Shown here one piece after another: positions 12,888 through 27,797 of a stretch of DNA of 64,000 nt. This DNA comes from the human T2T-CHM13v2.0 reference genome, Homo sapiens. Where the stretch lies: the NCBI RefSeq assembly GCF_009914755.1, contig NC_060938.1; one strand, given 5' to 3'. Each line of letters opens with the position of its first letter. Position 1 is the stretch's first letter. The notes under the pieces were generated by a model. It was not told the origin of the DNA. It did no database searches and was given only the letters and a program-made list of their open reading frames with translations. The position numbers were made by a program, and so were the translations under genes.

Positions 12888-15850
12888 TTTTTTATTTTAT
12901 TTTATAGTTCTTTTTTGTTTGTTTTTGATTTTTTAAAAATTATACTTTAAGTTCTGGGGTACATGTGGAGAATGTGCAGATTTGTTACATAGGTACACAC
13001 GTGCCATGGTGGTTTGCTGCACCCATCAGCCTGTCATCTACATTAGGTATTTCTTCCTCCCCTAGCCCCCCATGCCCTGACAGGCCCCAGTGTGTATTGT
13101 TCCCCTCCCTGTGTCCATATGATATCATTGTTCAGCTCTCACTTATGAGTGAGAACATGCGGTGTTTGGTTTTCTGTTCTTGCATTAGTTTGCTGAGAAT
13201 GATGGTTTCCACCTTCATCCATGTCCCTGCAAAGAAAATGAACTCATCCTTTTTTATGGCTGCACAGTATTCCATGGTGTATATGTGCCACATTTTCTTT
13301 ATCCAGCCTATCACTGATGGGCATTTGAGTTGGTTCCAAGTCTTTGCTATTGTGAATAGTGATGCAATAAACATATGTGTGCATGTGTCTTTATAGTAGC
13401 ATGATTTATAATCCTTTGGGTATATACCCAGTAATGGGATTGCTGGGTCAAATGGTATTTTTAGTTCTAGATCCTTGAGGAATCGCCGCACTGTCTTCCA
13501 CAATGGTTGAACTAATTTACACTCCACCAACAGTGTAAAAGTGTTCCTATTTCTCCACATCCTCTCCAGCATCTGTTGTTTCCTGACTTTTTACTGATTG
13601 CCATTCTAACTGGCATGAGATGGTATCTCATTGTGGTTTTGATTTGCATTTCTCTGATGACCAGTGATGATGAACATATTTTCATGTGTCTGTTGGCTGT
13701 AAAAATGCTTCTTTTGAGAAGTATCTGTTCATATCCTTTGCCCACTTTTTGATGGGTTCTTTGTTTTTTTTTTTCTCGTAAATTTGTTGAAGTTTTTTGT
13801 ATATTCTGGATATTAGCCCTTTGTAAGATGGAAAGATTGCAAAAATTTTCTCCCATTCTGTAGGTTGCCTGTTAACTCTGATGATAGTTTCTTTTGCTGT
13901 GCAGGAGCTCTTTAGTTTAATTAGATCCCACTTATCAATTTTGGCTTTTGTTCCCATTGCTTTTGGTGTTTTAGTCATGAAGTCTTTGCCCATGCCTATG
14001 TCCTGAATGGTATTGCCTGTTTTCTTCTAGGGTTTTTAGGGTTTAGGTCTTACTTTTAAGTTTTTAATCCATCTTGAGTTAATTTTTGTATAAGGTGTAA
14101 GGAAGGGGTCCAGTTTCAGTTTTCTGCATATGGCTAGCCAGTTTTCCCAACGCCATTTATAAAATAGGGAATCCTTTCCCCGTTGCTTGTGTTTGTCAGG
14201 TTTATCAAAGATCAGATGGTTTGCAGATGTGTGGCATTATTTCTGAGGCCTCTGTTCTGTTCTATTGGTCTATATATCTGTTTTGGTACCAGTAACATCC
14301 TGTTTTCATTACTGTAGCCTTACAGGGTAGCTTGAAGTTAGGTAGCGTGATGCCTCCAGCTTTGTTCTTTTTGCTTAAGATTGTCTTGGCTATACAGGCC
14401 ATTTTGGTTCCATATGAAATTTAAAGTAGTTTTTTCTAATTCTGTGAAAAAGTCAATTGTAGCTTGATGGGGATAGCGCTGAATCTGTAAATTACTTTGA
14501 GCAGTATGGCCATTTTCACAACATTGATTCTTCCTACCCATGAGCATGGAATGTTTTTCCATTTGTTTGTGTCCTCTCTTATTTCCTTGAGCAGTGGTTT
14601 GTAATTTTCCTTGAAGAGGTCCTTCACATCCCTTGTAAGTTGTATTCCTACATATTTTATTCTTTTGTAGCAATTGTGAATGGGAATTCACTCATGATTT
14701 GGCTCTCTGTCTATTATTGGTGTATAGGAATGCTTACGATTTTTAGCTGGTCTTTGGAAATATCAACAAAATAGAAAGACAGCTGGCCAGAATAATAAAG
14801 AATAAAAGAGAGAAGAATCAATTAGACACAATAAAAAATGATAAAGGGGGTATCTCCACTGATCCCACAAAAATACAAACTACCATCAAAGAATACTCTA
14901 AACACCTCTATGCAAATAAACTAGAAAATCTAGCAGAAATGTATAAATTCCTGGACACATACACTCTCCAAGACTAAACCAGAAAGAAGTCAAATCCCTG
15001 AATAGACCAATAAAAAGATCTGAAATCGAGGCAGGAATTAGTAGCCTACCAACCAAAAAAAGCCCAGGACTAGCCGGATTCACAGCCGAATTCTACCAGA
15101 GGTACAAAAAGGAGCTGGTACCATTCCTTCTGAAACTATTTCAATCGATAGAAAAAGAGGGACTCCTCCCTAACTCATTTTATGAGGCCAGCATCATCCT
15201 GATACTAAAACCTGGAAGTGACACAACAACGACAAAAAAGAAAATTTCAGGCCAATATCCCTGATGAACATCAATGCAAAAATCATCAATAAAATACTGG
15301 CAAACCGAATCCAGCAGCACATGAAAAAACTTATCCACCACGATCAAGTCGGCTTCATCCCTGGGATGCAAGGCTGGTTCAACATATGCAAATCAATAAA
15401 CATAATCCATCACATAAACAGAACCAATGACAAAAACCACATGATTATCTCAATAGATGCAGAAAAGGCCTTCAATAAAATTCAACACCCCTTCCTGATA
15501 AAAACTCTTAATAAACTAGGTACGGACGGAACATATCTCAAAATAATAAGAGCTATTTATGACAAACTCACAGCCAATATCATACTGAATGAACCAAAGC
15601 TGGAAGCATTCCCTTTGAAAACTGGCACAAAACATGGATGCCCTCTCTAACCACTCCTATTAAACGTAGTATTGGAAGTTCTGGCCAGGGCAATCAGGCA
15701 AGAGAAAGAAATAAAGCGTATTCAAATAGGAAGAGAGGAAGTCAAATTGTCTCTGTTTGTGGATTAGATGATTGTATATTTAGAAAACCCCATCATCTCA
15801 GCCCAAAATCTCTGTAAGCTGATAAGCAACTTCAGCAAAGTCTCAGGATA
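12888..15850 (-). mobile_element. L1PA (PA7-like), 5'-truncated with 5' inversion (twin priming); inversion junction 14744/14745
   Basis: Antisense 3' UTR and ORF2 C-terminus at 12888-14744, then a sense-strand ORF2 RT piece at 14745-15850; 16-bp TSD caag(t/c)attctatattc at 12872-12887 and 15851-15866. Confidence 0.93.
15264..15650 (+). pseudogene. L1 ORF2p reverse transcriptase fragment (non-functional)
   Basis: [10 protein letters not shown]...[23 protein letters not shown]...[16 protein letters not shown]...GCPL followed by a stop. Confidence 0.9.
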
Positions 15851-16104
15851 CAAGCATTCTATATTCGTACTAATTTTCTGAGTTATTTCCTTATGAATTA
15901 TTGACAGAGGGCATTACAAATCTCTGACTGTAATTGTAGCTCTATTTATTTCTCCCTGCACTTCTTTCAGTTTTTGCTTTTTGTATTTGGTAGAATTTTT
16001 CTTATATGTTTAAATATTTAAGGTTATTGTAGCCACTAAAATAAATAATCTATTTATCATTATGAAAAGATTCTCTACATTCTTGATAATATTTTTTGTT
16101 CTAA

Positions 16105-16636
<532 letters not shown>

Positions 16637-16907
16637 TAACATTGAAATAATGTTAGCATTGTTTATCTTTTTCCATTTTTTTTGATGTGGAAAGTCAAAT
16701 ATTCCCTGCATTTCTGCATTCGTGGAAAGTTCTGGCCAACTGAGCCATGGAAATTGATATGCTCTAAAGACATTGCATGTATTTTTTCCATTTTCCTAGA
16801 AACATTTCCTCTTTAAAGGCATGAGTTTTGAACCTGCAGCCCCTTGCTGTCTTTATTATGGAAGTATTTGTGTCTAAACACTCAAAAAACAAATAAACAA
16901 AGATCTC

Positions 16908-17577
<670 letters not shown>

Positions 17578-17596
17578 ATCTTCCACCCCAAAACAG

Positions 17597-17641
17597 ACAC
17601 ACACACACACACACGCACGCGTGCACACACACACACTCACA
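17597..17641. repeat. (CA)n microsatellite with CG interruptions
   Basis: cacacacacacacacacgcacgcgtgcacacacacaca. Confidence 0.95.
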
Positions 17642-18472
17642 GAGAGACAACTTCCCTTGTCTCTCTTGGATGTAGGGACTATCTCCTTATACATTTATAT
17701 TTCAAAGGAGGTTAAACTTGGAAGATAATAGTCTTGCCTTCCTCTTGGAGATACTTATTTGATTTGCAAAGGGTGATAACCTAGGATACTCTCTATTCTA
17801 GAGGAGGACTTGTATTTGGAAGCAAAGGTTTCTTTTCTTTTATCAGGAGTGGAGAGAGAACAATTGCCTCTCTTCTACACTAACTCTCAGATTCACACTT
17901 ATGTTTCCTGTAATTTGCTCCTACCATAGAGATAGGATTATCCATTTGCCTCTCTTCATGCCACTTGCAGGGTGCTAGGTATGGGGGACCATTGTGATAA
18001 TGTTACTTTCCATTCTGTTTTGCTTTGAGTAAATAAACTATGTGCTCTGGTCTCTGACTCAGTACACTATTTCTGCTAGAATATATATATCTACGTACCT
18101 GTCTATCAATACACCTATCTATTTAGAGTATAACTGTACATGTAGGGTGACATCTCAGTACCTCATTCTCTTCCCAGCTTCTGATTTAACACGAATCTCT
18201 TTGTTTCTCTCTGCTTAATATAACATTCATAAACACAGGATATAGTTGGGTTTTGGTTCTTCATGGAATCTGATCATCACTGCCTTTGATTGAAGTGTTT
18301 ATGTCATTTACATGATATTATTTTTCTCCTGCCTAAAGCTCTTACATTTAAAAAAAAATAATTGAATTTTGCTGGTGTTGAATTTCTTCAGCATTTTCAT
18401 GTGTGAAAAATATTTATTTTACCTTAAATTTTGAAAAGTATATTCTGATGGTACAAAAGTCTACTTTGACAG

Positions 18473-19197
18473 TGGAGTCACTTGATGGGTTCCTCCTGCC
18501 CACTTCACAAACAAAACAAGTTCACTTACACCATGGTAAAGAAAGAATTTAATTAGTTCTAGACTGGCCACAAGGAAGAACTGGAGTCATCACTCAAATC
18601 AATCTGAAAGGTTAGGGTTTTTCGAGGACAGTTTGGTTGGCAGGAGACTAGAAAGTAGGTGCTGCTGATTGGCTGGAGATACAATCATAGGGGTGTGGAA
18701 AATGAACCTCGTGAGCTGAGTCCACCCCTAGGTGGGGGGCCACAGGACTGGTTGAGTCACGAGCCACAAGTCTGGGTGGGATCAGTCTGAAAACCATCTC
18801 TGAAGAGCAATCCTAGGTTCTACAGTAGTGATGTTATCTATAAGAGCAATTGGGGAAGTCACAAATCTTGTGACCTCTAGCCACATGAATCCTGGGGCAG
18901 TAAGGCATTATGGAAACTACTTAGCAGAATTCAGGCCCGTGCTATAAAACTAATCTTGTGGCCTTTCCTTAGTCTTACAAAGGCAGTTTCAGCCCTTGAA
19001 CAAAGCGGGGACAGTTTTAGGGAGGGGCTATTAGCATCCTTGCTTCAAAGTTAAATTATAAACTAAATTCCTCCCATGGTTAACTTGGCCTATGCCCAGG
19101 AATGAGCAAAGACAGTCAGCCTGGGACCCTAGAAGCAAGATGGAGGCAGCCACATCAGATTTCTCTCACCGTGATAATCTTTGGAAAGGCAGTTTCA
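18473..19197 (-). mobile_element. ERV1 solo LTR, LTR8 family (LTR8B-like)
   Basis: Reverse complement starts tgaaactgcctttccaaagattatcacggtgagagaaatctg...ctccatcttgcttctag, the LTR8 5' end; 4-bp TSD aca(g/t). Confidence 0.82.
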
Positions 19198-20209
19198 ACA
19201 TACTTATTTCAGTTCTTTAATGATGTTGCTCCAATACCATCTATCTGGCATTTTTATCCTGACAACTGCTGTCATCCTTATATGGGTTATCTATAGTGAT
19301 GTATCATTTTCCTTGAACTTCTATTAAGATACCATCTTCATCTTTGGTTTTAAGCATTTTGGTTATTATACAACATAGTTGTAGTTTCCTTCATGTTTCT
19401 TGTACTGAGAGTTTTTTGAATTACTTTGACCTGTGGCCTTATTGTTTGTTAAAATTCAAACTTGGAAATAAAATCTGCCATAATTTCTTCACATAGTTTT
19501 TTCATCATCTCGCCTTTTTTGTTTCCATCCTCCCTTTGAAGGGACTCCAATTCCATGTACATTAGACAACCTGGCATTGTTGCACAGCTCACTGATACTC
19601 TATTCACGTTTTCTCTCATTCTGTTTCCTCTCTGCTTTCTATTTTGGATAGTGTCTATTTATTTGGGTTCAGGTTCACCAATCTTATTTTTCCTGCAATA
19701 TCTTTTCTTCTGTCAATACATCTAAAAATATATTTTCTCTCACAAATATTGTAGTTTTTATAATTGGAAGTTTGATTTGGGTTCTGTTTTAATATCTTCT
19801 TTTTCTCTATTAATTCAGTTAATATTTTTTCTAGCTTCTTAAGCATATACTATACATCTGTAATAACTCTTTGTATGTCCTTGCTTACTAATTCCATCAT
19901 TGTGTCATTTCTAGGTCTGTTTCAATTGACTGATTTTTCTCCTTATTTTGTGTTGGATTGTCCTACACCTTTGTATTTTTGGTAATTTTTTATTGAATAA
20001 CAGACAATATGAAACTTGTTAAGTGCTAGACTATTTTTATTTTAATAAATATTCCTAAGCTTTATTCCAGCATACAGCTAAGTTACTTAGATACAGTTTG
20101 ATTTTTTCAGGCTTTATTTTTAAGAATTGTTAAGTGATGTGAACAGCATGTACTCTGGAACTAATTTTTTGATTACTAAGGCATTACCTTTCTGAGTACT
20201 CTATCCAAA

Positions 20210-20844
20210 TGAAGCGTCATTATTGTCTGGGTAAATACCCAAAGTTCATCATCTCGTGCCAAGAAAATTAAAAACATGGACACACACAAGGAGTGATTTT
20301 AGGAGCGGAGGTTTAATAGGCAAAAGAAAGAGAAAGGAGAATAGCTCTCTCTCTTGCGAGAGAGGTATGCCCGAATGGAAATTCCAGCCCAAGGTGGAGT
20401 GCACCGGATTCTATAAACAGGCTGGAGGAGGTGGTGTCTGATTTACATAGGACCCACAGGTTGATTGGACCAATTGTGATGTTACATAGCCACAGGGAAG
20501 GCTGGCCATCGCACCCTAATCTTCTTATGCAAATGGACTTTCCACTTGGCCTGTGCCATGTTGTCTGCTCCTTACTGTACACGTGGCTGGCAAAGAGAAG
20601 GGAACAAGGAGCTACCGTCTTGAACATGCCTAGTCCCCGGTAGCCTTCTATTGGCACAACTGCTGGCATTCACCAGTGCAATCTTCTAGCTTGCTTGTCT
20701 ATGTCTGCAGCTCAATTTTACTGGCTGCTCTCTATTAGAAAATAAAATGATTTGGGGACTGCTTTTCATGAAAAGGAAAGCCTTACCAAGGACTGCTATA
20801 CTTTCACTATCTGCCTAAATAATTTCCTTTTAACTCCTATATTA
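20210..20844 (-). mobile_element. ERV1 solo LTR, LTR9 family
   Basis: Reverse complement starts ...ataggagttaaaaggaaattatttaggcagatagtga and contains gctgcagacatagacaagcaagct; 4-bp TSD caa(a/t). Confidence 0.85.
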
Positions 20845-23136
20845 CAATGCCTGGTGAATTTTGAGTCTTTCTAATCTGAGTGGCAGTAATTGGTACTATA
20901 GCTGGCTATATGTTGAGTTCTGCAGTTTTTTCCCTCTGATTATTTTGAGTGGTTCTTTTCCTTGGTGGTAGTTTCCTCCAATCCTTATATATACTAGAAG
21001 ATTGGAGAGAAATGCTCTGCAGATTCCTGGAGTCTCTATATGTGCAGCTCATTCTTCTGTACTCTTTAGTATGAACTCCAGCCTTTTTGGCTACTCAGGA
21101 CTTTCAGCTCCAGCTCCTCAGCTTATAGCTCTGCCTGGGTTCCTCTATCTTTGCTGCAGGTGGAATCTTTCTTTAGGTAGTAAGCTAGTGAAATCAAAGG
21201 GCTCATCTTGTTTGTGTTCTGTCACTCAGGGATCACTATTTCTAATTTCCTAATGTTCATACAGTAAAAACTGTACTGTTGTTTTAAATAGTTTGTCTGT
21301 TTTATAAGCCATTTCAGGTAGAAAGATAAAGTCAGTCCCTGTCACTCCAGGTTGGCTGGGAATAAAAATCAATATCCAATTTTTAATAAATATTTTTATG
21401 TAAGTTAAGAAAGTTCATGTAATGTATATAATGTGGAAGTATAATAGAGAGGTCTGTGTTAAAATAAATTTCCCTTAAAATTAGCAGAACCTGATTTTAG
21501 ATGATCTGTTCCAATTCCAAGATGTAACTTCCTGATTGGTCATTTTGAGCCGTTACCATGTATGAATATGAGACTGGACTATTTAGGCAGAATAAACTGA
21601 CAATAACTAAAAAGTCAATTTTTCTGGAAACTCCTCTTCACTTTTACTTAAAAAGCAATTGCAATTTTGAAATATTGTGAGATATTTATGTGCACAAAAA
21701 TGAGAATCTGTTTTTGTATTATGTCCAAAAATTCCGGGGTAGTTTTAGCTTCCTTTGGTTGGCATTAAGGTTGGCATTAAATAGAAATGTGGTATTGCTT
21801 ATGTTGCTTCATAATACATTAAAATGATTTTTTAAAATGTTGTCTTAATTATGATAAAGTAAAACTGACCCTAATAGAACAGTATAATCTAGTAGAATGG
21901 TATAATAAATTAATGTGAAAGATATTCTATCTGGTAAAAAAATTACACGTCATTCATTAATGTTATACACACAAAAAGGAAAAATTAGTCCAGATATTCA
22001 AGAACACATTTCCTGAAATAAGAAATCAGGAAAAAACAAACTCATATAAAAGCCATATCCCTAGGAATCATTGCCTATCTCCGAGTCCAAGGTTTCTTAT
22101 CTCCAGGAACACAGAGCAATGAATTTGTCATCTCTGGAGGCAAATATATTTGATAAATGCTTCTATTAATTGATTCCACAAATCAACTACTAATCCAGAG
22201 CTTTTGATTATGGTACTGCTAATCAATTTATTTGATAGCAAACTTTCAGCAGTTTGTAAGTTAAAAACTGCCTACATTTTTCTGGGTTGGCTTAATTAAC
22301 AGATTTATCCTAGTTGTGAAAAAGTAAGATCTCTACTTTTAATTTCCTCTTGACCTGCTTTCTCTCTCCACAGGGTCTTCTTCAGAGGTTCTTCAGAAGG
22401 CCAAAATTAAAATTCTGTCAACAGATTAAAACACTATTTAGCCCACAGGAATTATTTTTTCAAAGCCTGCACATTATGTGGAGTCATATTAAGACTGCTT
22501 TCATGGGAAAAATCTTCCTCCAGATAGCCAGGTTATGCTTCACACTAATGCATGTGAATGAAAATTGTCTCCTCTGCTGGGTCAAAATGCTGACATCATT
22601 ACTGTTAACTGCATTCTCTGTTAGAGAACCAAAGATTGTCTGACACGCTGACTCCCTGGTTGCATGCTCTTGTGGTTATATACCTTTATCTGTATGGAGG
22701 GCAGACCAGGAAGAAAATGTTATCAGCCTAAATGTTTATTGCATTGTTCAGAACCACTTGACTTCAGGAAGAATGAGATTTTAGAGACAGTAATTGTGGA
22801 TCTGTGTCTATCATTTATATCTATCACAAAACTATTTTTGCCTCATTCATCTGCCATTTGAATAAGCAAAGCCTAGGTATTTCTTACGTGTTGAATGCAA
22901 GTGACATTTAGAATTTACAACTTGTCAACATATATTCATAATTTTAAGTGCAATATAGTAAACACATTTACTTTCATCATAAATATTAAATTTGTACATA
23001 TTTTTAAAAGGATGATACTTGGGACTCTTGGACCAAACATTAAGTGTTATTGCTAAAATCCGAAACATAAATATAAGGGCAATTCCCATGAGAAGAACAA
23101 AGAAATTTTAAAAGATATATATTTTTCTAGAAATTT

Positions 23137-23736
23137 GATATAGGCAGAATTATAAGACGGCACCAAGATTCCTGCCTCATGATATGTATAGCCTCTGCAG
23201 TTATTCAACTAAACAGTACTCGAGGTGTTGCTGTGAAAGGCTTTACAGATGTAAGTAAGTTCCCAAATTAGCTGACTTTAAAGTAGGAAGATTATCTTTG
23301 TGGGCCTGAACTAGTCAGTTGAGACATTAATGGGCTCTTCCTAGTGGAGGAGATTAAGACAGTGAAAGAGGCTCAATGTAGAGAAACCTCTCCACTGCTA
23401 GATTTCAAAATGGTGGGGGCCGTGCGGCAAGGAAGGTGGGTGAACTCCAAGAATAGAGATATCCAGCAAAAAGATGATAATTTTAGCCCTTCAGCTGCAA
23501 GGAACTGGATTCTCCCAATAAAATGAATGAGCTTGGAAGCAGATTCTTCCTTATACAAACCTCTAAAAGATAACACAGCTCAGGCAACACCTTGTTTTCA
23601 GCCTTGTAAATCCTGAGCAAGAACCCAACCACACGTTTTCCCAAATAATGAGCTAAAGATATATAACTTAAGAAATGGGTGCAACTTTGTCATAAATTTG
23701 TGATCATCTGTTATGCAGCAATAAAAATTCAATACA
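23137..23736 (+). mobile_element. MLT1 (MLT1E/F-like) MaLR LTR
   Basis: ggcagaatt...caagattcc, gctgcaaggaactggattctcc...gagcttggaagcagattctt; ends tgttatgcagcaataaaaattcaataca. Confidence 0.75.
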
Positions 23737-23854
23737 ATGTCCAATATCTATTATCCTGGGAAATCACGCATCTTCTTAATGTTGTGCTGCTGAAATAGAC
23801 ACAAAAATTTTGCACGATGAAGTATTAGCAGTGTCTTGTCTGCTTTTGTCATGG

Positions 23855-24285
23855 CAATAGTTTCCTATTGCTGCTGTAACAAATTGCCAGAAATTTGGAA
23901 TCTTAAAACAACAAAAATGTATTAGTTCACACTCATGTGGGTCAGAAGTTTGATGGGGGTCTTACCAGGGTAAAAACAAGGTGTCAACAAGGCAGTATTT
24001 GTTTCTTTCTCCCAGAGGCTGTTTGGGATTTCTGTTTTAGATTGTTAGCAGAATTAAGTTCTTCGTAGATGTGTGACTACATTTTATAATTTTTTAGATC
24101 AGAAGTCTGACAGGGGTTTCATGGGGCTAAATTCAAGGTTTTGGAAGGGCTGTGTTCTTTTTTGGAAGGTCTAAAGGAGCAACAGGTCCTAGCCTTTTCC
24201 AGCTTCTGGAGGCCACCTGTTTTTTGTTTTGTTTGTTTGTTTGTTTGTTTGGCAGGTGTTTCTTCTTCCTTCATCTTACAGTCAG
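23855..24285 (-). mobile_element. Two MLT1 LTR fragments
   Basis: tttcctattgctgctgtaacaaattgcca...cttaaaacaacaaaaatgtatt...tcagaagt, plus a second tcagaagtctga...ttttccagcttctggaggccacctg block. Confidence 0.7.
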
Positions 24286-26744
24286 TATTGAATATAGTTT
24301 AGGATGCAGTAACTTCCACTGTGGGTGGACAATCAAGACATCCAGAAAGAGATTGTTAGTTAATGATAAAAAACAAGACTTGGAGGAGAAAATGAACTCA
24401 CAGAAAAATCTCAGGAAGAGGCAACAATAATGGCACTTTGTAGCAGGATTCTATAGGACTTAGTGACGGATTTAACAAAGCATGAAGGAGAGGAATGAGA
24501 ATGCAATTTAGGAAATTTATGTTGCCATTAACAATATACAAGATCATAAAGGATAACAGATTTGGAATGAGATGAGTGCATTTTTTCATTTTGAGGTGAC
24601 AGCAAACCACCCAGCAGGCATTTGAATAAATAGTACATTTTGACATTTGAGAAGGATAGACCACAAAATAAAAGTCTCCACATTTGTGAATACCATGATG
24701 GCACAAAAGTCATCTATTTGATGATGTTAACTATCACCAGAATGTTAGAAATGTTTTTGAATTATAAACTGCATGGCTGCTTTGTAGGAGCAAGTCACAT
24801 TTCTTCAGAATGGGTTGGATTATATGTGTTAAATCTTAAAATGCCAAAGAGTTAGTGTGGTGGATGAAAGCATCAGTAAGTTCACAAATTTACATGTAAT
24901 GCTGCTTGAAATTAAATATAATAACCATACTTAAATATCATATTTAAATGAAATAAATATCATAAATACATATTCAGAAAAAGTTTTAAAGTATGCCTCA
25001 AAGAATCTATTCTTGAAATAAAGTGTTAAAAATTTAGTATTTAGAAATATGAAAAACTAACATATTTTTCTAAATGTTTAATATAAAATTTTACATTAAC
25101 TCTATTGTTAATTATACCCAAATTTTTAATATTAAGATTATTGTGTGAATAAATACATATACCCCAAATCTAGCCTGTTGAATGTCACAGAAATAGTTAG
25201 ATTCATGTTTTATAAAATAATAATGAAACACATTGCTTTAAACGCACAGGTCTAATACCATTGTACTATAATATATTAAATTATGTGCCTTTCCCTTTAG
25301 CATAAAATTGGGAGGATGGAAAAAATCTTATGGACAAATTTATTTATGCACTGAATCTCCTGGAGGGAATCATGAGAAATACAGCAAGCATAATCAAAAT
25401 AAAAAGTTTGTTTGTTTTGTAAGAATCCTCACAGCATTTATTAAGAGCAGGCCATTTTTTCAATATCTTTCTTAAATTCCTTTTATCTGCTCTCATCAAA
25501 TTTGTAATAGACAATTTTTCGTTTACCCAGGAATGTTAATCTGAGACTACCAAATAGGAGATACAGTATAGAAAAACTTTGTATTCTAATTCTTTCATGG
25601 TGACAGTGCGGTGGAGGATGAGGGATATGCAAGAGAAACAGTGGAGCAAATAGAATGATTAGTTCTGAATTAAAATTTGGTAGACCACTTCATCTCAGTT
25701 CTTTTTTTCAAATCATATTTTGTATGTGACTATATAATTGGATTTCCTACTTAAAAACATTTCTTTTCTGAAATTCATTACCTGCAATGGGTTTGAATAT
25801 AAACTGGAAATTAGTATCAAATTATGTATTTTTAGTTTAATGAAAGTATTTTTTAAAATGCTAACACTCCATTTTGAGCTGAAAATGATTTTCTGGAAAA
25901 AGTCTTTACTTTTATCTTTAGTTCTTATTAATTAGAATAACATTAATGAAAATTAATTTTAAGAATGTTGACTAGCTTCTCTTAATTTTTGCTTACATGG
26001 AATAGGTGGGATAAATCTGTTTTTCATGTACCACTTAGTCACTAATCAGCCAAGAACTTGAAGGATGTGTATTTGCCTCGAGCTAAGACGTGTAACACTG
26101 TGAAAAGTTTGTAGCATGTTCCCACATGTATGTGGAATTAGTAGAACAATGATTGATACACAGATGACTCTTGGTGGAGGTGGAACTCCTTAAGAATGCC
26201 AGCAGTTATTTTGGACGAACATTAAGGGGAAAGATGGTGACTGTAAGAATGACAAAAAAGTGAGCGTTAAAACTTTGGAATGAATCTTGCTAAAAGTTTT
26301 TCCCTAAATATGTTATTCTAGATTCAGAAATCAAAGAATTGTGAAAGTCGAGGTACAGAGGAAATGAGCTAGGAGGATAAGAGTGTGTAATCAGAGAAAA
26401 GTTTGCTTGAAGTTGAGATTATGGAGCCAATAACATGACCAAGGGAGTCAGTGGATGAGAAAAATTGAAGTTTAAGATCATTGGAATAGATATTGGAATA
26501 TATAGAATCAAACAGAGGTATCACTGGAATAGGTAGAAATGTGACATTTTTCTATATAGTGGCCCTACAGTTTACAATTCAAAATGTCCTCAATATTTTT
26601 TCTTGTTAATTTCTACCTATCTTTCGACAAATGCTTTATCAGGTCCCCCTAATTTATTTCGCAGATTAAGCAATAGTATCCATATTTCTTTTTCCTAGGT
26701 CAGCCACAAAACTTACTCATCATCCGTGTGACTTCCATAGAGAT

Positions 26745-27550
26745 ACATATTTCAAGGAATTGTTCCATTTCATCAAAGTTTTGGAATTTATGGGGATAGA
26801 GCTGTTCATAGTATTCCTTTAATATCCTTTCAATGCTCATGGGATCAGTAATGATGACCTCTCTTTCGTTTTTGATATTGGTAATTTGTTGGGGAGGGGA
26901 AGCATTCTAAAATCTGATTAAACCCTAGTCTTTCAGAAGGTATGCGCTGCAGGCTGCGACTTATCAGGTGCTTTATAGCTCCCTACCTGCTATGTGAGAC
27001 AGGAACACCAGATGAGGCTGAGGACTGGATATTTCCCTCTCCTCCTATGAAAGATTCCGCTCTGGGTAAGTTACTTCTCTTTGAGAGCAGGTCTTTATCA
27101 TTGATACAGCTCTAGCCTATTTCAAAATTCTTTTTTTCCCCTCCTTGCTCCCATTCCAGAGCCAAAAAAACAGTTTTTCTTGGCGTGTGTATGTGAAATC
27201 CTGGTGGAATTCCTTGAAGTAAAATCCATGTAAGTTTTGGAGCCACCTAAGATTGTGACATCCAGGAGTTTCTTACAGTTAACACTAGCACAAGCTCAGT
27301 CTCTAGGTCTCAAAATGACCATGTAAGTGTTCAGTTTGTGGATCCAGACGCTTCTGCTCCAGGTAAGCACATTTCGATTGCAATTTGTTATCTTCTGTCT
27401 TTCCAGTTTTTAGGGTGACGATTTATCCTGCAAACATTTCTGATACGTATAAGAACATCACTGATATTCAGCTTGTTCAGCATTTTGTTGTCGTCCTTGT
27501 AAGAATGAAGATAATGACATCCCAGCTTTTTACATTTTAGAGCTGAAATG
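26745..27550 (-). mobile_element. Old L1M fragment (ORF2 piece joined to a 5' region)
   Basis: aaggaattgttccatttcatc...gttcatagtattcctt...gatattggtaatttgt is antisense ORF2, followed by sequence resembling an L1M 5' end. Confidence 0.6.
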
Positions 27551-27674
27551 AGGATTGGTTGTGTAAATATGTTTAAACACTAATTTCATGATTTTAATAC
27601 ATCCATTTACAATTCTTCAATGACTCCAATTATACATAGGATGCATATGAAACTCTGTAATATAGTATAACTCC

Positions 27675-27797
27675 ATAGTATAGTATAGTATAGTATAGTA
27701 TAGTATAGTATAGTATAGTATAGTATAGTATAGTATAGTATATTGTAGTATAGTGTAGTGTAGTGTAGTATAGCATAGTATAGTATAGTGTAGTATA
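27675..27797. repeat. (TAGTA)n pentanucleotide microsatellite with TAGTG variants
   Basis: About 24 tandem units read directly. Confidence 0.97.

Noticed and set aside
13132-15650. Reverse-transcriptase-like ORFs suggesting an active retroelement or novel RT system
   Set aside because: Frameshifted L1 ORF2p pieces in a 5'-truncated, inverted copy that lacks promoter, ORF1 and endonuclease.
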